A stretch of 64,000 bases of DNA from a virus. How positions within the stretch are numbered: the stretch's first letter is position 1; each line of letters starts with the position of its first letter. The stretch lies in the UHGV virus genome UHGV-0072281; one strand, 5' to 3'. Positions 17,739 through 27,785 of this stretch are shown piece after piece. The notes beneath the pieces are model-generated. The model saw only the letters and a program-made list of their open reading frames with translations, made no database searches and was not told the origin of the DNA. Both the position numbers and the translations under genes were made by a program.

Positions 17739-19408
17739 GTATGGAAATGACAGCAAACATTGCACAACCGCAATGGAAACTCGACGAACTTCCAACTATT
17801 ATCGAACAGCGAATGGAAGAACGTATCGATTCTGTCAGCCAGCTCAACCTCTACATGCAGCGTAACGAAGCCGATTTGATTTACGGTTCACGTATTATCG
17901 CGCAGATTGAAGCGATTCTTCGTGAAGTTCGTAAAGCGGGTCTAAACCGCGACGTTGCCGTAGCGACGGAATCTTTGCGTCCGGGCACTATCCCGAAAGC
18001 GGTGCAGAGCATCCTGACGTCGAACTACAGCCGTACTCATCAGAAAGAAACCGTCATCGCGCTAGAGTCTTACGCGAACTTCGGTAAGATCAGTCTTATC
18101 GTGATGGTAATGATGGGGATTATGAAAATCCTGAACTGGATTATCAGTAACGCTGTACCGTTTGCAGGGGCTGCTGACGTAGATGGGGACGAGTATCGTG
18201 ACAAACTCTTAGAGAAGATCGATGCGGTTCCTTTCATTGAACGTCTGAAAATCACCGCGCTGAAAGAAGCGTATATGGACGCGTCGAAGGGACTGAAAGA
18301 CGGTGAACTGAATAACCTGGAATTGGCTATTCTGATGGCCGATGAAGTCCTGACGAACATGAACGCAGAAGACCTGTTGAATAAGCTTAGCGCAGCTCTG
18401 GGACGTTCTCCGTTCGTAGGGATGTTTAAAGACTACACGAAACGTCGTCAGAATGAACAGCAGGTTATCCACGATATCCTCGATACGTTGCTGCGTACTA
18501 ATATCGGTTGTGCGGTATTCAGTCAGCAGGTTTGTGACGAAGTGTACAAAGCTTTACCGGCGGACGTTCGTAAAGCAGGTATCAACATTCCTAACGAAGC
18601 GTTCTACCGCCAGATGGGAAGAAACCTGGAGAGCTTCTCCGCAGGGTTAAAACGTTTAGATCAGTCGTTAAAAGACCTCAAGTCGTATTACTTCTCGGGT
18701 GACCGCACGCTGGGTACGGATCAAGAAAACCGCATTAGTGCAACGGGGATCGTTCAAGCACTGGCGTTGCTTAACGGCGAAATTGAAATAGCGTTAACCG
18801 ATTTTGCATCGTGTCGTGGTGCACCGCTACCAACGATAATGGTGAAATCCGATCGTGACTTAATCGGTTATTCGTCTCGAGAGTTCGGTAATGGATTCAT
18901 CATCGCTTCTGCGGGGGTTAACTCGTATTTCGGTTCTGCGGCTAACATGGAAATTATGCGCCAGGAACTGAGCTTTACCAGCGGTGATTCTCGTGAATTG
19001 TTAGCGTGTCTGATTACGTTAGCTCGCAGCGGGATTACTAAAGGGCCAGCCGATACGTCTATTGACCGCTTCAAAGTGGTGGAGAAACAGATCGAGAAAG
19101 TGGTTAGCCAGTTGAAAGACATGTCACGCCAATCTCGTTCTGGTATGAACAGCAAAGCTTGGCAGATGATGGAACAAGCGTTCCGTGACGAAGCACAACG
19201 TTCAGATCTGTACGAATTGGGCTTTGGTCGTGAATTGACGACGATGACCGTGATGGACCCAGAACGAAACGTGTGGGATTCTGTTGCGTTTACGACGGAA
19301 CTGATTAAGTCCTGGACAACTGCCGCCGGTGCTCTGGCGACGATTCTGAAACGGGCTAAGAACAACCCGCTGGTAAAAGGTGGGAAGTTTAATAAACTCG
19401 TCGATTAA
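17735..19408 (+). CDS. hypothetical protein (557 aa) with one hydrophobic segment
   Basis: ORF translationally coupled to the previous gene. Contains ISLIVMVMMGIMKILNWIISNAVPFAG. Confidence 0.75.
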   Translation: MSMEMTANIAQPQWKLDELPTIIEQRMEERIDSVSQLNLYMQRNEADLIYGSRIIAQIEAILREVRKAGLNRDVAVATESLRPGTIPKAVQSILTSNYSRTHQKETVIALESYANFGKISLIVMVMMGIMKILNWIISNAVPFAGAADVDGDEYRDKLLEKIDAVPFIERLKITALKEAYMDASKGLKDGELNNLELAILMADEVLTNMNAEDLLNKLSAALGRSPFVGMFKDYTKRRQNEQQVIHDILDTLLRTNIGCAVFSQQVCDEVYKALPADVRKAGINIPNEAFYRQMGRNLESFSAGLKRLDQSLKDLKSYYFSGDRTLGTDQENRISATGIVQALALLNGEIEIALTDFASCRGAPLPTIMVKSDRDLIGYSSREFGNGFIIASAGVNSYFGSAANMEIMRQELSFTSGDSRELLACLITLARSGITKGPADTSIDRFKVVEKQIEKVVSQLKDMSRQSRSGMNSKAWQMMEQAFRDEAQRSDLYELGFGRELTTMTVMDPERNVWDSVAFTTELIKSWTTAAGALATILKRAKNNPLVKGGKFNKLVD

Positions 19409-19416
19409 AAAAGAAG

Positions 19417-19457
19417 TACCCTACTCCTTATCGGGAGTAGGGTAGCTTTTATTTTTT
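19417..19457. terminator. bidirectional intrinsic terminator (copy B of the duplicated cassette)
   Basis: taccctactcc-ttatcg-ggagtagggta hairpin followed by gcttttatttttt, between convergent genes. Confidence 0.85.
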
Positions 19458-19458
19458 C

Positions 19459-22413
19459 TTAGTCTGCGCTGGTATCGTGACGGTTGTAAGCGATAACAAT
19501 ATCGTCTTTCAGACCGATGTCACCACTGGCTTCAATATCCAGTTTCTTACCAATCGTTGCACGTGCAGCTTCGGATACTACAGTAAACAGACGCATGTCT
19601 TTGTCTGGCCCCATCGCATCCAACTCAACGCCGATAATCGACGTGTCAAGCGTTTCGCTGAGCTTATTACCAATCTCTGTTGCCGAGATAGTAAGATGTG
19701 AACCCAAGTAGTCGTTGATAACTTGAGACGTTTTCTTACGGATCTGCGTTAACAGATCGCTGTTGCTACGGTTAGCCGCAGTCAGGTAATAACGAACGGT
19801 AAACTGGTTTTCAGCTGGTATCGGCGTAACCACCCCGTCTTCGGTACGTGCATCGATATAACCCATCGTGGTGATAGGAACGAAATACCCTTCCGTACGC
19901 TCTAACAACATCGGTTTTAACGTCGGTAGAACCACGGTCACGTAGTTAACGATATTCTCAATAACTGCGTTCAGATAGGATTTCGCAGACGCTGTGGTAG
20001 CGAATTTATAACGTGCGTCGAAGACCGCCATTTCACTACGGAACTTAATAGAACGAGATTTCGCAATCTTAGGATTACCGTACTCGTCTTTTACTAAGTC
20101 CCCTTCGTGGTGTAGGATAATCTGCTGGCCGGTTTCGTCAAGCTTAGGATCGCCTTTACGGTGTTCGTAAGTGATTTGTAGCGGTGGTGTACGGCCTGCG
20201 TCGTACGTGTAAACCGGAACCCCATTCTCATCACGTTTCACCACGTCAATTTCCCACGTCGCTAACACGTCTTTGTCGTAATACTCGTAGTTGATGCTGT
20301 CAGTAACAGCACGAGCTTTACGCCAATAGTACGTCATCGCTTTACCCAGTTCGATTTTGAATATCTCGTGAGTAATACCGATAGCGTCGCGAGAAGGCGG
20401 TATGATTAACGCATCCATCTCTACACGTTCGTAGTTCCCAGGGTAATAACCTGTACAACCGTAGAACAGGTTAAAATCTGTCAGCAGTGCGACAGGGGTT
20501 TCCGTTGGGTTACTTCCGTTAATACGGGTGTTGGTCAGTACCAGTTCGTCGTTACGGTCAACGTCCAGGTTAGTTTCCAGCAAGAACTCCCAAACACGTT
20601 CACTGCCCTGCTTACCGACTAACGTACCGTTAATGTACGCCAAGGTGTTATCGGAATTACGAGGACGGAAAGACAGTTGTGCAAAGACTTGGTCATCAGC
20701 CAGTGCCTGGTAAGGTGCTTCTGATTTCGTAACCGTACGCAGCACATAACCCGCTTCCGTTTTCTCGATAGTGTAGTCAGCAGTAACGACACTGAGCTCC
20801 GTCGAGACGTTGGTCGCAATAAAGCGTTTGGAGTTTAATACCGGTTTATCCAACTGGTAAATACGTACGTCAATCGCTTTGTTGTTAATGTCAACAACGT
20901 AATGGAACGGTGTAAACAAATAACGGTTAGTGTTTGCTGCGTTAATCAGGTCTTCCTTACGCATGGTCTTCGCTAACACCGTCATTTCGGCATCTACAGT
21001 TAGACTGGTATCCGTAAAGCGATACAGCGTGTCAGGAAGAATGGTCAGGCGATTACCGTTGACTTTCACCGTCGGGAGATTAACCAGCTCGTTCCAGGAG
21101 AAATAGAACGGGGCAGTAATCGTTCCTATCGGTGAACTGACGTTAGCAATCGTCGATTCCAACATCGGTGCGGTCATGAAGTACGTACGACTGGTCACGT
21201 AGTCGTTAGGTTTAGACAACATGAGACCGTAATCAGAAACCGTAGCCTCAAGCTGCTTTTCTGTCACGGGCAGTTTACGTGCACCTACGGCGTTGTTAAC
21301 AACGCGAGTACGTAAATCACTGAACGAAAGCTGACTACGACCACCCGATAGCATCTTCCCAGCTTTTGCTGCAAGCTGTTTAATAGAGAACGCTTTAATC
21401 GGGTTGATATAGTTCGCGTCGTATTCTTCGTTTAAATCGCGTAGGCTGAAACTATACTCGTCGGACGGATACGCAGAGATGTCCAATTCCAACGGCCCTA
21501 AGGTCGTAAAGACGTCCATCCTGATAGTCCCACTGACGAGATTCTTCGCCATGTAAATAGATGGAATCGTACAACGGATGTTGCCGTTACCCACCTGAAT
21601 CAATGCTGTTGGTGTGTTCGGGTCGTAAACATCACGACTGTGGGTGTGTTGAATCTCTACCCACTTGTTGCTGCCCGTTGCCTTCATCCAAACACGAACA
21701 TAGAAGAACTTGTTAGTGTAACTACGCGTCATGACAAACGTGTTGCTACCTTCGACGGTGTTACTTTCTTCTTTTACCGCATACTGCATCACCGGAATAT
21801 GGATAGCCAGTAGCTGTGAAGATGTTGTGTTAGCGGACGTTAGTTCCCATTCCAGTGCGTTCGTGGAAACTGGTGAAATCGGTGATTGTGTTTCAGTAAT
21901 CCACAGTACCTGGAAAGCCGGGTTCTCGTTCGTTCCGTACGGGAGTACACGGATTTCGATTGGATATTGAATAGCAAACGTGTAACCAGAAACCGTAAAG
22001 ACCGTGTCACGTGGGATAACGACTTTACGAACCCCCGCGATTTGCAACGGATACGCTTTCGAGATTAAGCTGTCAACGTCAATTAACAGTAACAGTTCTG
22101 TAGTAGCAGGCTGCGCAAAGACGTCAACGTAATCCACGTCTGACATGTGTCGGAACAGGTCATCGTAAGTCTGCGCCATTGACGGGAACGTTTTAGGAAT
22201 AGATTCCTGGAGTCCCATCAATGTAGCGTGCCCCATCATTGTTCCCATTTCTGCCAAATAAACGACAGGGTCGGTAGGGTCACGGAGATAAATCTGACCA
22301 TCGGCATCTTCAACATCTTGAAGCTGGTTTAGCAGCATTGTCTGCATCGCCGCAGGGTTGTGTGCGAACAGCAGAAGTTTCTTTGCCAAAGTATCGTAAG
22401 TTGTTGAACTCAT
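19459..22413 (-). CDS. large hypothetical protein (984 aa), possibly a virion structural protein
   Basis: Long uninterrupted ORF. The structural guess rests only on its size and neighbourhood. Confidence 0.75.
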   Translation of the reverse strand: MSSTTYDTLAKKLLLFAHNPAAMQTMLLNQLQDVEDADGQIYLRDPTDPVVYLAEMGTMMGHATLMGLQESIPKTFPSMAQTYDDLFRHMSDVDYVDVFAQPATTELLLLIDVDSLISKAYPLQIAGVRKVVIPRDTVFTVSGYTFAIQYPIEIRVLPYGTNENPAFQVLWITETQSPISPVSTNALEWELTSANTTSSQLLAIHIPVMQYAVKEESNTVEGSNTFVMTRSYTNKFFYVRVWMKATGSNKWVEIQHTHSRDVYDPNTPTALIQVGNGNIRCTIPSIYMAKNLVSGTIRMDVFTTLGPLELDISAYPSDEYSFSLRDLNEEYDANYINPIKAFSIKQLAAKAGKMLSGGRSQLSFSDLRTRVVNNAVGARKLPVTEKQLEATVSDYGLMLSKPNDYVTSRTYFMTAPMLESTIANVSSPIGTITAPFYFSWNELVNLPTVKVNGNRLTILPDTLYRFTDTSLTVDAEMTVLAKTMRKEDLINAANTNRYLFTPFHYVVDINNKAIDVRIYQLDKPVLNSKRFIATNVSTELSVVTADYTIEKTEAGYVLRTVTKSEAPYQALADDQVFAQLSFRPRNSDNTLAYINGTLVGKQGSERVWEFLLETNLDVDRNDELVLTNTRINGSNPTETPVALLTDFNLFYGCTGYYPGNYERVEMDALIIPPSRDAIGITHEIFKIELGKAMTYYWRKARAVTDSINYEYYDKDVLATWEIDVVKRDENGVPVYTYDAGRTPPLQITYEHRKGDPKLDETGQQIILHHEGDLVKDEYGNPKIAKSRSIKFRSEMAVFDARYKFATTASAKSYLNAVIENIVNYVTVVLPTLKPMLLERTEGYFVPITTMGYIDARTEDGVVTPIPAENQFTVRYYLTAANRSNSDLLTQIRKKTSQVINDYLGSHLTISATEIGNKLSETLDTSIIGVELDAMGPDKDMRLFTVVSEAARATIGKKLDIEASGDIGLKDDIVIAYNRHDTSAD

Positions 22414-23717
22414 CAGTTAGTACCTGCCTCTGTAACAAGACCATTGACACTGTCAAGTAATCCTGCTTTCTTGAGAATATATTGATAGTCTGCTTGGTAG
22501 ACATACCAGGTAAGCTTGCGCCGTACGGAATCGATATGTGGATAACCGTAATAGTTAAATAAAGGCAATAACTGTGGCGCGATAGGAACAAGTTGGTTGC
22601 TGGCCATCGGGATAAAATTCCCCGAAGCGACTGAGCCGGGCTGCGGGAGCATATCTGGGTTAAACATCCCAACGGTTTTATTGAACATCTCCATGTAAAG
22701 CGGATCGTTAAACCGTGCCCCGATTGCTTGCCAGTTGATGTTAATCGTCACGTCGTCGTTTAACTGCGGTTTTGAGTTATCGACGTTCGCCATTTGACCC
22801 GCGTTATCGTTCATCGGCCAGGCTACACAAATTGTCCAGAAACGGGTAATGTTCCCTAACGCATCGTAACGTAGACCGTAGATACGTGACTGGTAATCAA
22901 TGCGTCGTTGGATGGAGTTGCGCATCTTCGGACGGAACTTACCCATCTTAACACCCGCCATATACTCCAACCACACGCCCATCATTCTCATTAATGGGTC
23001 ACCGTAGGGGTTGTTTAGGGACATTGACACAGAGAACGCGTTGTTGATTTCGTGCGTAGAATCAACCATACCCCATTGTTCACGCATCAAACCTTCACTG
23101 GCCATCCAGTTATCGACGGACTGATCGGGTGTTCCGCTTAAACTGATCAGCTGCGTACTGAGTATTGGTATGAACGCTTGTAGATTATCGAATCTTACCT
23201 GCGGCATAAACGGAGTACCTAAGCGGTTTCTTCGTATCCCCGTTTTGCTCTCAACAGGTGAGTCCGAAAACCCTAATTCGAAATCAGGGTCGAGAGCAGC
23301 AAGTATCGAATAATCTAAAGAGTCCTTCGGCTGCAATGCCATGTTTGACATTTTACGCGACTTGGCAATGTTGTCGTAGCACAGGTTGAAATCGGGCCGG
23401 GTAATAAATGTTAGACCACCGTATTCTCGGTTGATTGGCGTGGGGTTAGACGCCATCATATGGTTGAACCCCATGTAGGGGTTGGTCAAACGCTGCGCAG
23501 CAAGACCCAAACCTACAGTAAGGCGGATACGATCGTTCCATGCCGTAAGTTCGGTGTTTGCATCGTAAGGTGTTGCCGGATTGTTGTTGCTGAGTCGGTT
23601 ATTAAAATACCCGGCAACAGAAGGCACCGCATCTGCGTTATTCGGATTGTGGAGAGAATCGTCGTAATCAGTATTCGGGTCATACCCCGGATCGTTCTTA
23701 TCTGTCTCGTCACTCAT
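22413..23717 (-). CDS. hypothetical protein (434 aa), possibly structural
   Basis: ORF whose stop overlaps the start of the downstream 984-aa gene (translational coupling). Confidence 0.75.
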   Translation of the reverse strand: MSDETDKNDPGYDPNTDYDDSLHNPNNADAVPSVAGYFNNRLSNNNPATPYDANTELTAWNDRIRLTVGLGLAAQRLTNPYMGFNHMMASNPTPINREYGGLTFITRPDFNLCYDNIAKSRKMSNMALQPKDSLDYSILAALDPDFELGFSDSPVESKTGIRRNRLGTPFMPQVRFDNLQAFIPILSTQLISLSGTPDQSVDNWMASEGLMREQWGMVDSTHEINNAFSVSMSLNNPYGDPLMRMMGVWLEYMAGVKMGKFRPKMRNSIQRRIDYQSRIYGLRYDALGNITRFWTICVAWPMNDNAGQMANVDNSKPQLNDDVTININWQAIGARFNDPLYMEMFNKTVGMFNPDMLPQPGSVASGNFIPMASNQLVPIAPQLLPLFNYYGYPHIDSVRRKLTWYVYQADYQYILKKAGLLDSVNGLVTEAGTN

Positions 23718-23743
23718 CTTTAACTCCGGAGTTCATTAGGAAA

Positions 23744-24850
23744 ATGTTAGAAAAAACGTTTGAGACAAGCGTTGTCTCTTTCCTCTCCAGACTTCCCATG
23801 CTGTTTCGTTCGCGTGCGGAGTCGACGGAGGAATTTAACTCAGTGCTCTATAACGAGCACATTACCTTAGTCGAACAAAGCCTGCTGGGTTTAGATTACC
23901 TTCCGGGAATTCTGGAGAAAATCCAAGTTTTGCTGGCAGGAAACCAACTTACTGCAATCTCCCTGTTAACGGGTGTGCCTGATGTTGATATTATCGGTAC
24001 GCTGGATCAAGTAAGTACCCGTCGTAGCGCACTCGATAACGCAGTGCGTAGCGGCTCACGCTTAGCAGCACTGGCAGTCGGCGAATCTTCCCGCCTAGGA
24101 TTACCATCATACGATAAAATCGGCATTGCTGTGGGTGAATCCACCCGCCGTGTCGCACAGGAATCCAAAGGTTCCGTTACTGGTGGTAAAGCAGACCCGA
24201 TTAAACAACTGTTCGATCAGGAAGGACTGTCTAACGGGAAAATGTTCTCTGTAACGTTTGAACGTGACGGTAATAAAGTCGAACTTCCAATGCGTTTACG
24301 TTTGGACGTTAAGTCTCTTCCGACCGACCAGATTGAAACACTGATTGCATTCAGCGACCAGACGAAAACGTTCTGGGAACGTTGGCTACGAGCGCGTGTA
24401 GGTGCACTGAGCTATGTTAAAGACATTGCGTTCTGCAACGACCTGGTAGAAGAATACCGTAAGAACCGTTATCGCGATAAGTCAGGTTACTATCGTAAGA
24501 TGATGGAGAAGAAAAACGGCAACTGGCTGTCTGGCTTGCTGACGCTGGCACCGTCTATTAATAACGCTTCTTCTGTTATGGTGGTTTCTCAAGACACTAT
24601 CGACGGTCTGACCGCCCAGCTAGGCGGTGAGTTTGACGATTTCAATATTCGTCAGCGTGTCTTTAAAGACACCTTAACCGTCTATTACGTGGTAGTGGAC
24701 ACTGCGTGGAACCGCGTTACTATTTATACTCGCGGTCAGAACGGTTCTCAGGAACTTGATAAATCCGATTTCAGCAAAGCGAAGTCCGGTAGCGCCGATG
24801 TGAACAAAATCATTGAAGCGTATCGCTCTGGCGCACAGCCAGTTCTTTAA
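23744..24850 (+). CDS. hypothetical protein (368 aa)
   Basis: ORF with GGAG 12 nt upstream of the ATG. It is divergent from 22413-23717. Confidence 0.75.
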   Translation: MLEKTFETSVVSFLSRLPMLFRSRAESTEEFNSVLYNEHITLVEQSLLGLDYLPGILEKIQVLLAGNQLTAISLLTGVPDVDIIGTLDQVSTRRSALDNAVRSGSRLAALAVGESSRLGLPSYDKIGIAVGESTRRVAQESKGSVTGGKADPIKQLFDQEGLSNGKMFSVTFERDGNKVELPMRLRLDVKSLPTDQIETLIAFSDQTKTFWERWLRARVGALSYVKDIAFCNDLVEEYRKNRYRDKSGYYRKMMEKKNGNWLSGLLTLAPSINNASSVMVVSQDTIDGLTAQLGGEFDDFNIRQRVFKDTLTVYYVVVDTAWNRVTIYTRGQNGSQELDKSDFSKAKSGSADVNKIIEAYRSGAQPVL

Positions 24851-24860
24851 GGGGTAAGGC

Positions 24861-25796
24861 ATGGCATTCCCGAATATGCTCGCTATGTTGTTGCCGAGCT
24901 TTGAAGCAACAAACTTGAAAAATCAGCTTTCGTCCAACTGCGATGCAATTGGCGAACAACTTTTACCACGTTTCCAGTCTTTACAAGAACTGGTAGCGTC
25001 GAAAGAAGGCAAACCGTTTAAATCGAAAACGGTACAAGAAATATCCGATGAGGTGGTTAACTACCTGCGGACTTCCGGTCTGGAAGCCAAAGGTCTCCGC
25101 AATCCATCGATGTTAGAGTACATCGTTTCCTCGATGGAAAACGTGTTGCAGTTGCGTTCTTTCTTAGACCAATGTATTGCGCGTGACATTGGTAAATCGT
25201 TAGTCACGTCTTCAATGACGTTTAATAAATTAACGGTGCTCAGACTGCTTGACCTGATTGATTTCTTCACAGGTTACAGCGCTACTTTACTTAACTACGT
25301 TACCGCAGAAGAGATTGCCGCTGTCGAAGGCTCGAATATTGAAGTGAAGGGCATCGGTCCGAATGACCTTCAATACCTCAATACTCGTTCGGTCTCTTAC
25401 TGCATCGCCATCCGTGTTTTGGCAACGCCGGTAAATAAACTGAAAGCGGATTATGCCGAAATCCCAGAAGCGATTTTCAATGACGAAACTTACGGTGAGT
25501 TGGTTCAGCAGTTCGGTTCGGGCTCGACTGACCCGCTGGGAATGAGCAGTGTACCGTTCCCGATCTCACTGGTACTTCGCGTTCGTTTGAATATTGCTGA
25601 AAGGCAGATGGATAAATACGACGAGTGCGTAGAAGCAGCGAAAGCTGCGGAGTTGCGTATCCTGCTTTACAAAAAGCAAGTAGCGGAAGGTAAGGGAGAT
25701 GCGCACATCGAAAAACTCATCGAGCTAAGTGAAAAGCATCTGTTGGAACTCAAGCATAAGCGTGAGCGTCTTGAGAAGAAATACGGTTTAGTGTAA
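24861..25796 (+). CDS. hypothetical protein (311 aa)
   Basis: ORF with AGGGGTAAGG upstream. The C-terminus looks like a coiled coil. Confidence 0.75.
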   Translation: MAFPNMLAMLLPSFEATNLKNQLSSNCDAIGEQLLPRFQSLQELVASKEGKPFKSKTVQEISDEVVNYLRTSGLEAKGLRNPSMLEYIVSSMENVLQLRSFLDQCIARDIGKSLVTSSMTFNKLTVLRLLDLIDFFTGYSATLLNYVTAEEIAAVEGSNIEVKGIGPNDLQYLNTRSVSYCIAIRVLATPVNKLKADYAEIPEAIFNDETYGELVQQFGSGSTDPLGMSSVPFPISLVLRVRLNIAERQMDKYDECVEAAKAAELRILLYKKQVAEGKGDAHIEKLIELSEKHLLELKHKRERLEKKYGLV

Positions 25797-25813
25797 ACCG
25801 TTAGGAGAGCCTC

Positions 25814-26374
25814 ATGTTTGAGCACGATAGTCCCGATTTTAATGTGGCTGTAGAGCGCATTAAAACCTATATGTCGATTTTATCAAAAAACCCAATCGAC
25901 ACACACGATGACGAGCTTATTCACAAAACGCTGGAAGCGTGTGCGGTTGTATTACCGTACTTTCGTCTGTTAGCTGCTGACTCTGTGCAGCAGGTATTAT
26001 ATGACGAATATCCGCAGGTCGGATTTACCTTTAATACGTTTTATAACGAAAGCGTAGCCTTCCTGCTTGATGGTAAACGACGCACCGTGACGTTAGGACA
26101 GTGGTCCGTATTGCTGTCGTCGTACATGAATGATGTTCGCAATACGAAGAACGTTGAACAGACGGGCTCATTGGGTGGACGTCTTCTTGCTGCTGCGTTT
26201 GGTCGCCGGGGTACTGTACGTAATATGGGTTCCGCTCACCAGTCTGTTGAGTGTAGCAAACGTCTTTTATCTTATGCAGACCATGAACTGCTGGCACGCT
26301 GGATGACACGCCCGAACGGGTTGTCCGACATGATCTCGTCGTTAGCAGTGTTTTTGAAAATCGCACGTCCCTAA
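25814..26374 (+). CDS. hypothetical protein (186 aa)
   Basis: ORF with TAGGAGAG upstream of the ATG. Confidence 0.7.
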   Translation: MFEHDSPDFNVAVERIKTYMSILSKNPIDTHDDELIHKTLEACAVVLPYFRLLAADSVQQVLYDEYPQVGFTFNTFYNESVAFLLDGKRRTVTLGQWSVLLSSYMNDVRNTKNVEQTGSLGGRLLAAAFGRRGTVRNMGSAHQSVECSKRLLSYADHELLARWMTRPNGLSDMISSLAVFLKIARP

Positions 26375-26433
26375 GGGGGCCCCTCATTCTAGGGGCGTGT
26401 AATTGGGTTATATAACCAAAGGAAATAAACGAA

Positions 26434-27705
26434 ATGGCAAATTTCGCAAAAACTCGCGCCGCTCGTGAATCGATGGAAGCGGCCGATGAAGTAATCGACG
26501 GTATCAGCAACGTTGAACCGGCAGAAGAGAACCTGGACGTCCAGCTTGCAGACGTAGCCTCTATCGACGGTCAGCTCGAACAGCTGGAAACCGACGGTGA
26601 AACCCTGGCTGCCGATACTGAGCGTACTGAAGACGCTATCGATCAGGCGGAAGAAGCCGTTGCTAACGGTGAAGAAATGCCGGAAGAAGCGGTTGCCCTG
26701 CAAGAAGTGGCTCAGGAATCCATCTCACGTCGTTGGAACCTGGAACGCACCAAACTGGCTCGCGAATCCTATCGCCGTGGCCGTGGCATGACTGCTGCTG
26801 CGCAGGAAGGCTGGAAAGAAACCCTGAAAGGTCTTTACGAGCGTTTCATTCAGTTCTGTAAAGAAGTGATTGCGAAGATCAAAGACCTGAAACTGAAATA
26901 TTTCAACGTCGGTAAGACCGCACAGAAACGTGCGAAGAAATATCAGGAAATGCTGCGCAAGCTGGGCAAACAGAAAAATGATACCATCTCCGGTGGCTTC
27001 ATTACTAAGCTGTCCATTGAAGGTAAATTCGATGCAGCTGGTTCTATCGCTATCGCGAAAGAAGTAACCTCTGGTAAAGCTAAAGGTGCTATTAGCGCAC
27101 TGGAAAAACAAGCTGGTGAAGCTGTTACTGCTGTAACCAAAGGTGACGATGAAGCATTCAAAGCAATGCGTGGCGATCAGCCGGTAGAACTGTTCGGTAA
27201 AGCAGCGTCTAAACTGCATAACCTGCCGAACTTTGAAAACGGCGATGCGTCTAAACTGCTGGCTCTGCCGGGTAACGCATACGTTCAGTCCGGTACTAAA
27301 GAACTGGCTGGCGGTCACAAATTTACCGCTGTTGCATTCATGAGCACTGGCGATGCCTCTGACGATAAAGACGTGAAAACTCCGTCTGTTTCTGAAATGG
27401 CTGGCGCTGCTTCTTCTCTGGAATCTATCGGTAAAGGCTTCGAAGCTGTACTGAAAGACTTCCGTGCTTACGATGCAGAGATTGCAAAACTGCAACAGGC
27501 CGCTGAGAAAGCTGCTAACGCGCTGAACAGCGAAAAAGACGAAAGCAAGTGGGATGGCCTGCGTAATGCTCGCCAAGCTGCTGACCAGTCTGTTAAGAAC
27601 TACCAGACCCTGAACCGTGCCGTTAGTTATGTTGCTAACACCGTAATTAGCGGTTTGAACGGTTACCTGGGCGCTGGTATCGGTGCTTACGAAAAATCTA
27701 AGTAA
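26434..27705 (+). CDS. abundant paralogous protein 1, putative processed head/internal protein
   Basis: Very strong codon bias (283-codon stop-free antisense frame). It has an acidic N-terminal region with repeated A-x-E-S motifs and is clearly paralogous to 27786-29048. Confidence 0.85.
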   Translation: MANFAKTRAARESMEAADEVIDGISNVEPAEENLDVQLADVASIDGQLEQLETDGETLAADTERTEDAIDQAEEAVANGEEMPEEAVALQEVAQESISRRWNLERTKLARESYRRGRGMTAAAQEGWKETLKGLYERFIQFCKEVIAKIKDLKLKYFNVGKTAQKRAKKYQEMLRKLGKQKNDTISGGFITKLSIEGKFDAAGSIAIAKEVTSGKAKGAISALEKQAGEAVTAVTKGDDEAFKAMRGDQPVELFGKAASKLHNLPNFENGDASKLLALPGNAYVQSGTKELAGGHKFTAVAFMSTGDASDDKDVKTPSVSEMAGAASSLESIGKGFEAVLKDFRAYDAEIAKLQQAAEKAANALNSEKDESKWDGLRNARQAADQSVKNYQTLNRAVSYVANTVISGLNGYLGAGIGAYEKSK

Positions 27706-27748
27706 TACTTAGGTTTACGGTTCCGAACAGTTCTTGAAATAAATCATC

Positions 27749-27769
27749 AGGGGAGCGAAACGCTCCCCT
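27749..27769 (+). other. RNA hairpin between the two paralogs, without a T-run
   Basis: aggggagcg-aaa-cgctcccct forms a 9-bp stem and is followed by tagaggaaagc rather than a U-tract. Confidence 0.5.
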
Positions 27770-27785
27770 TAGAGGAAAGCTTAAA

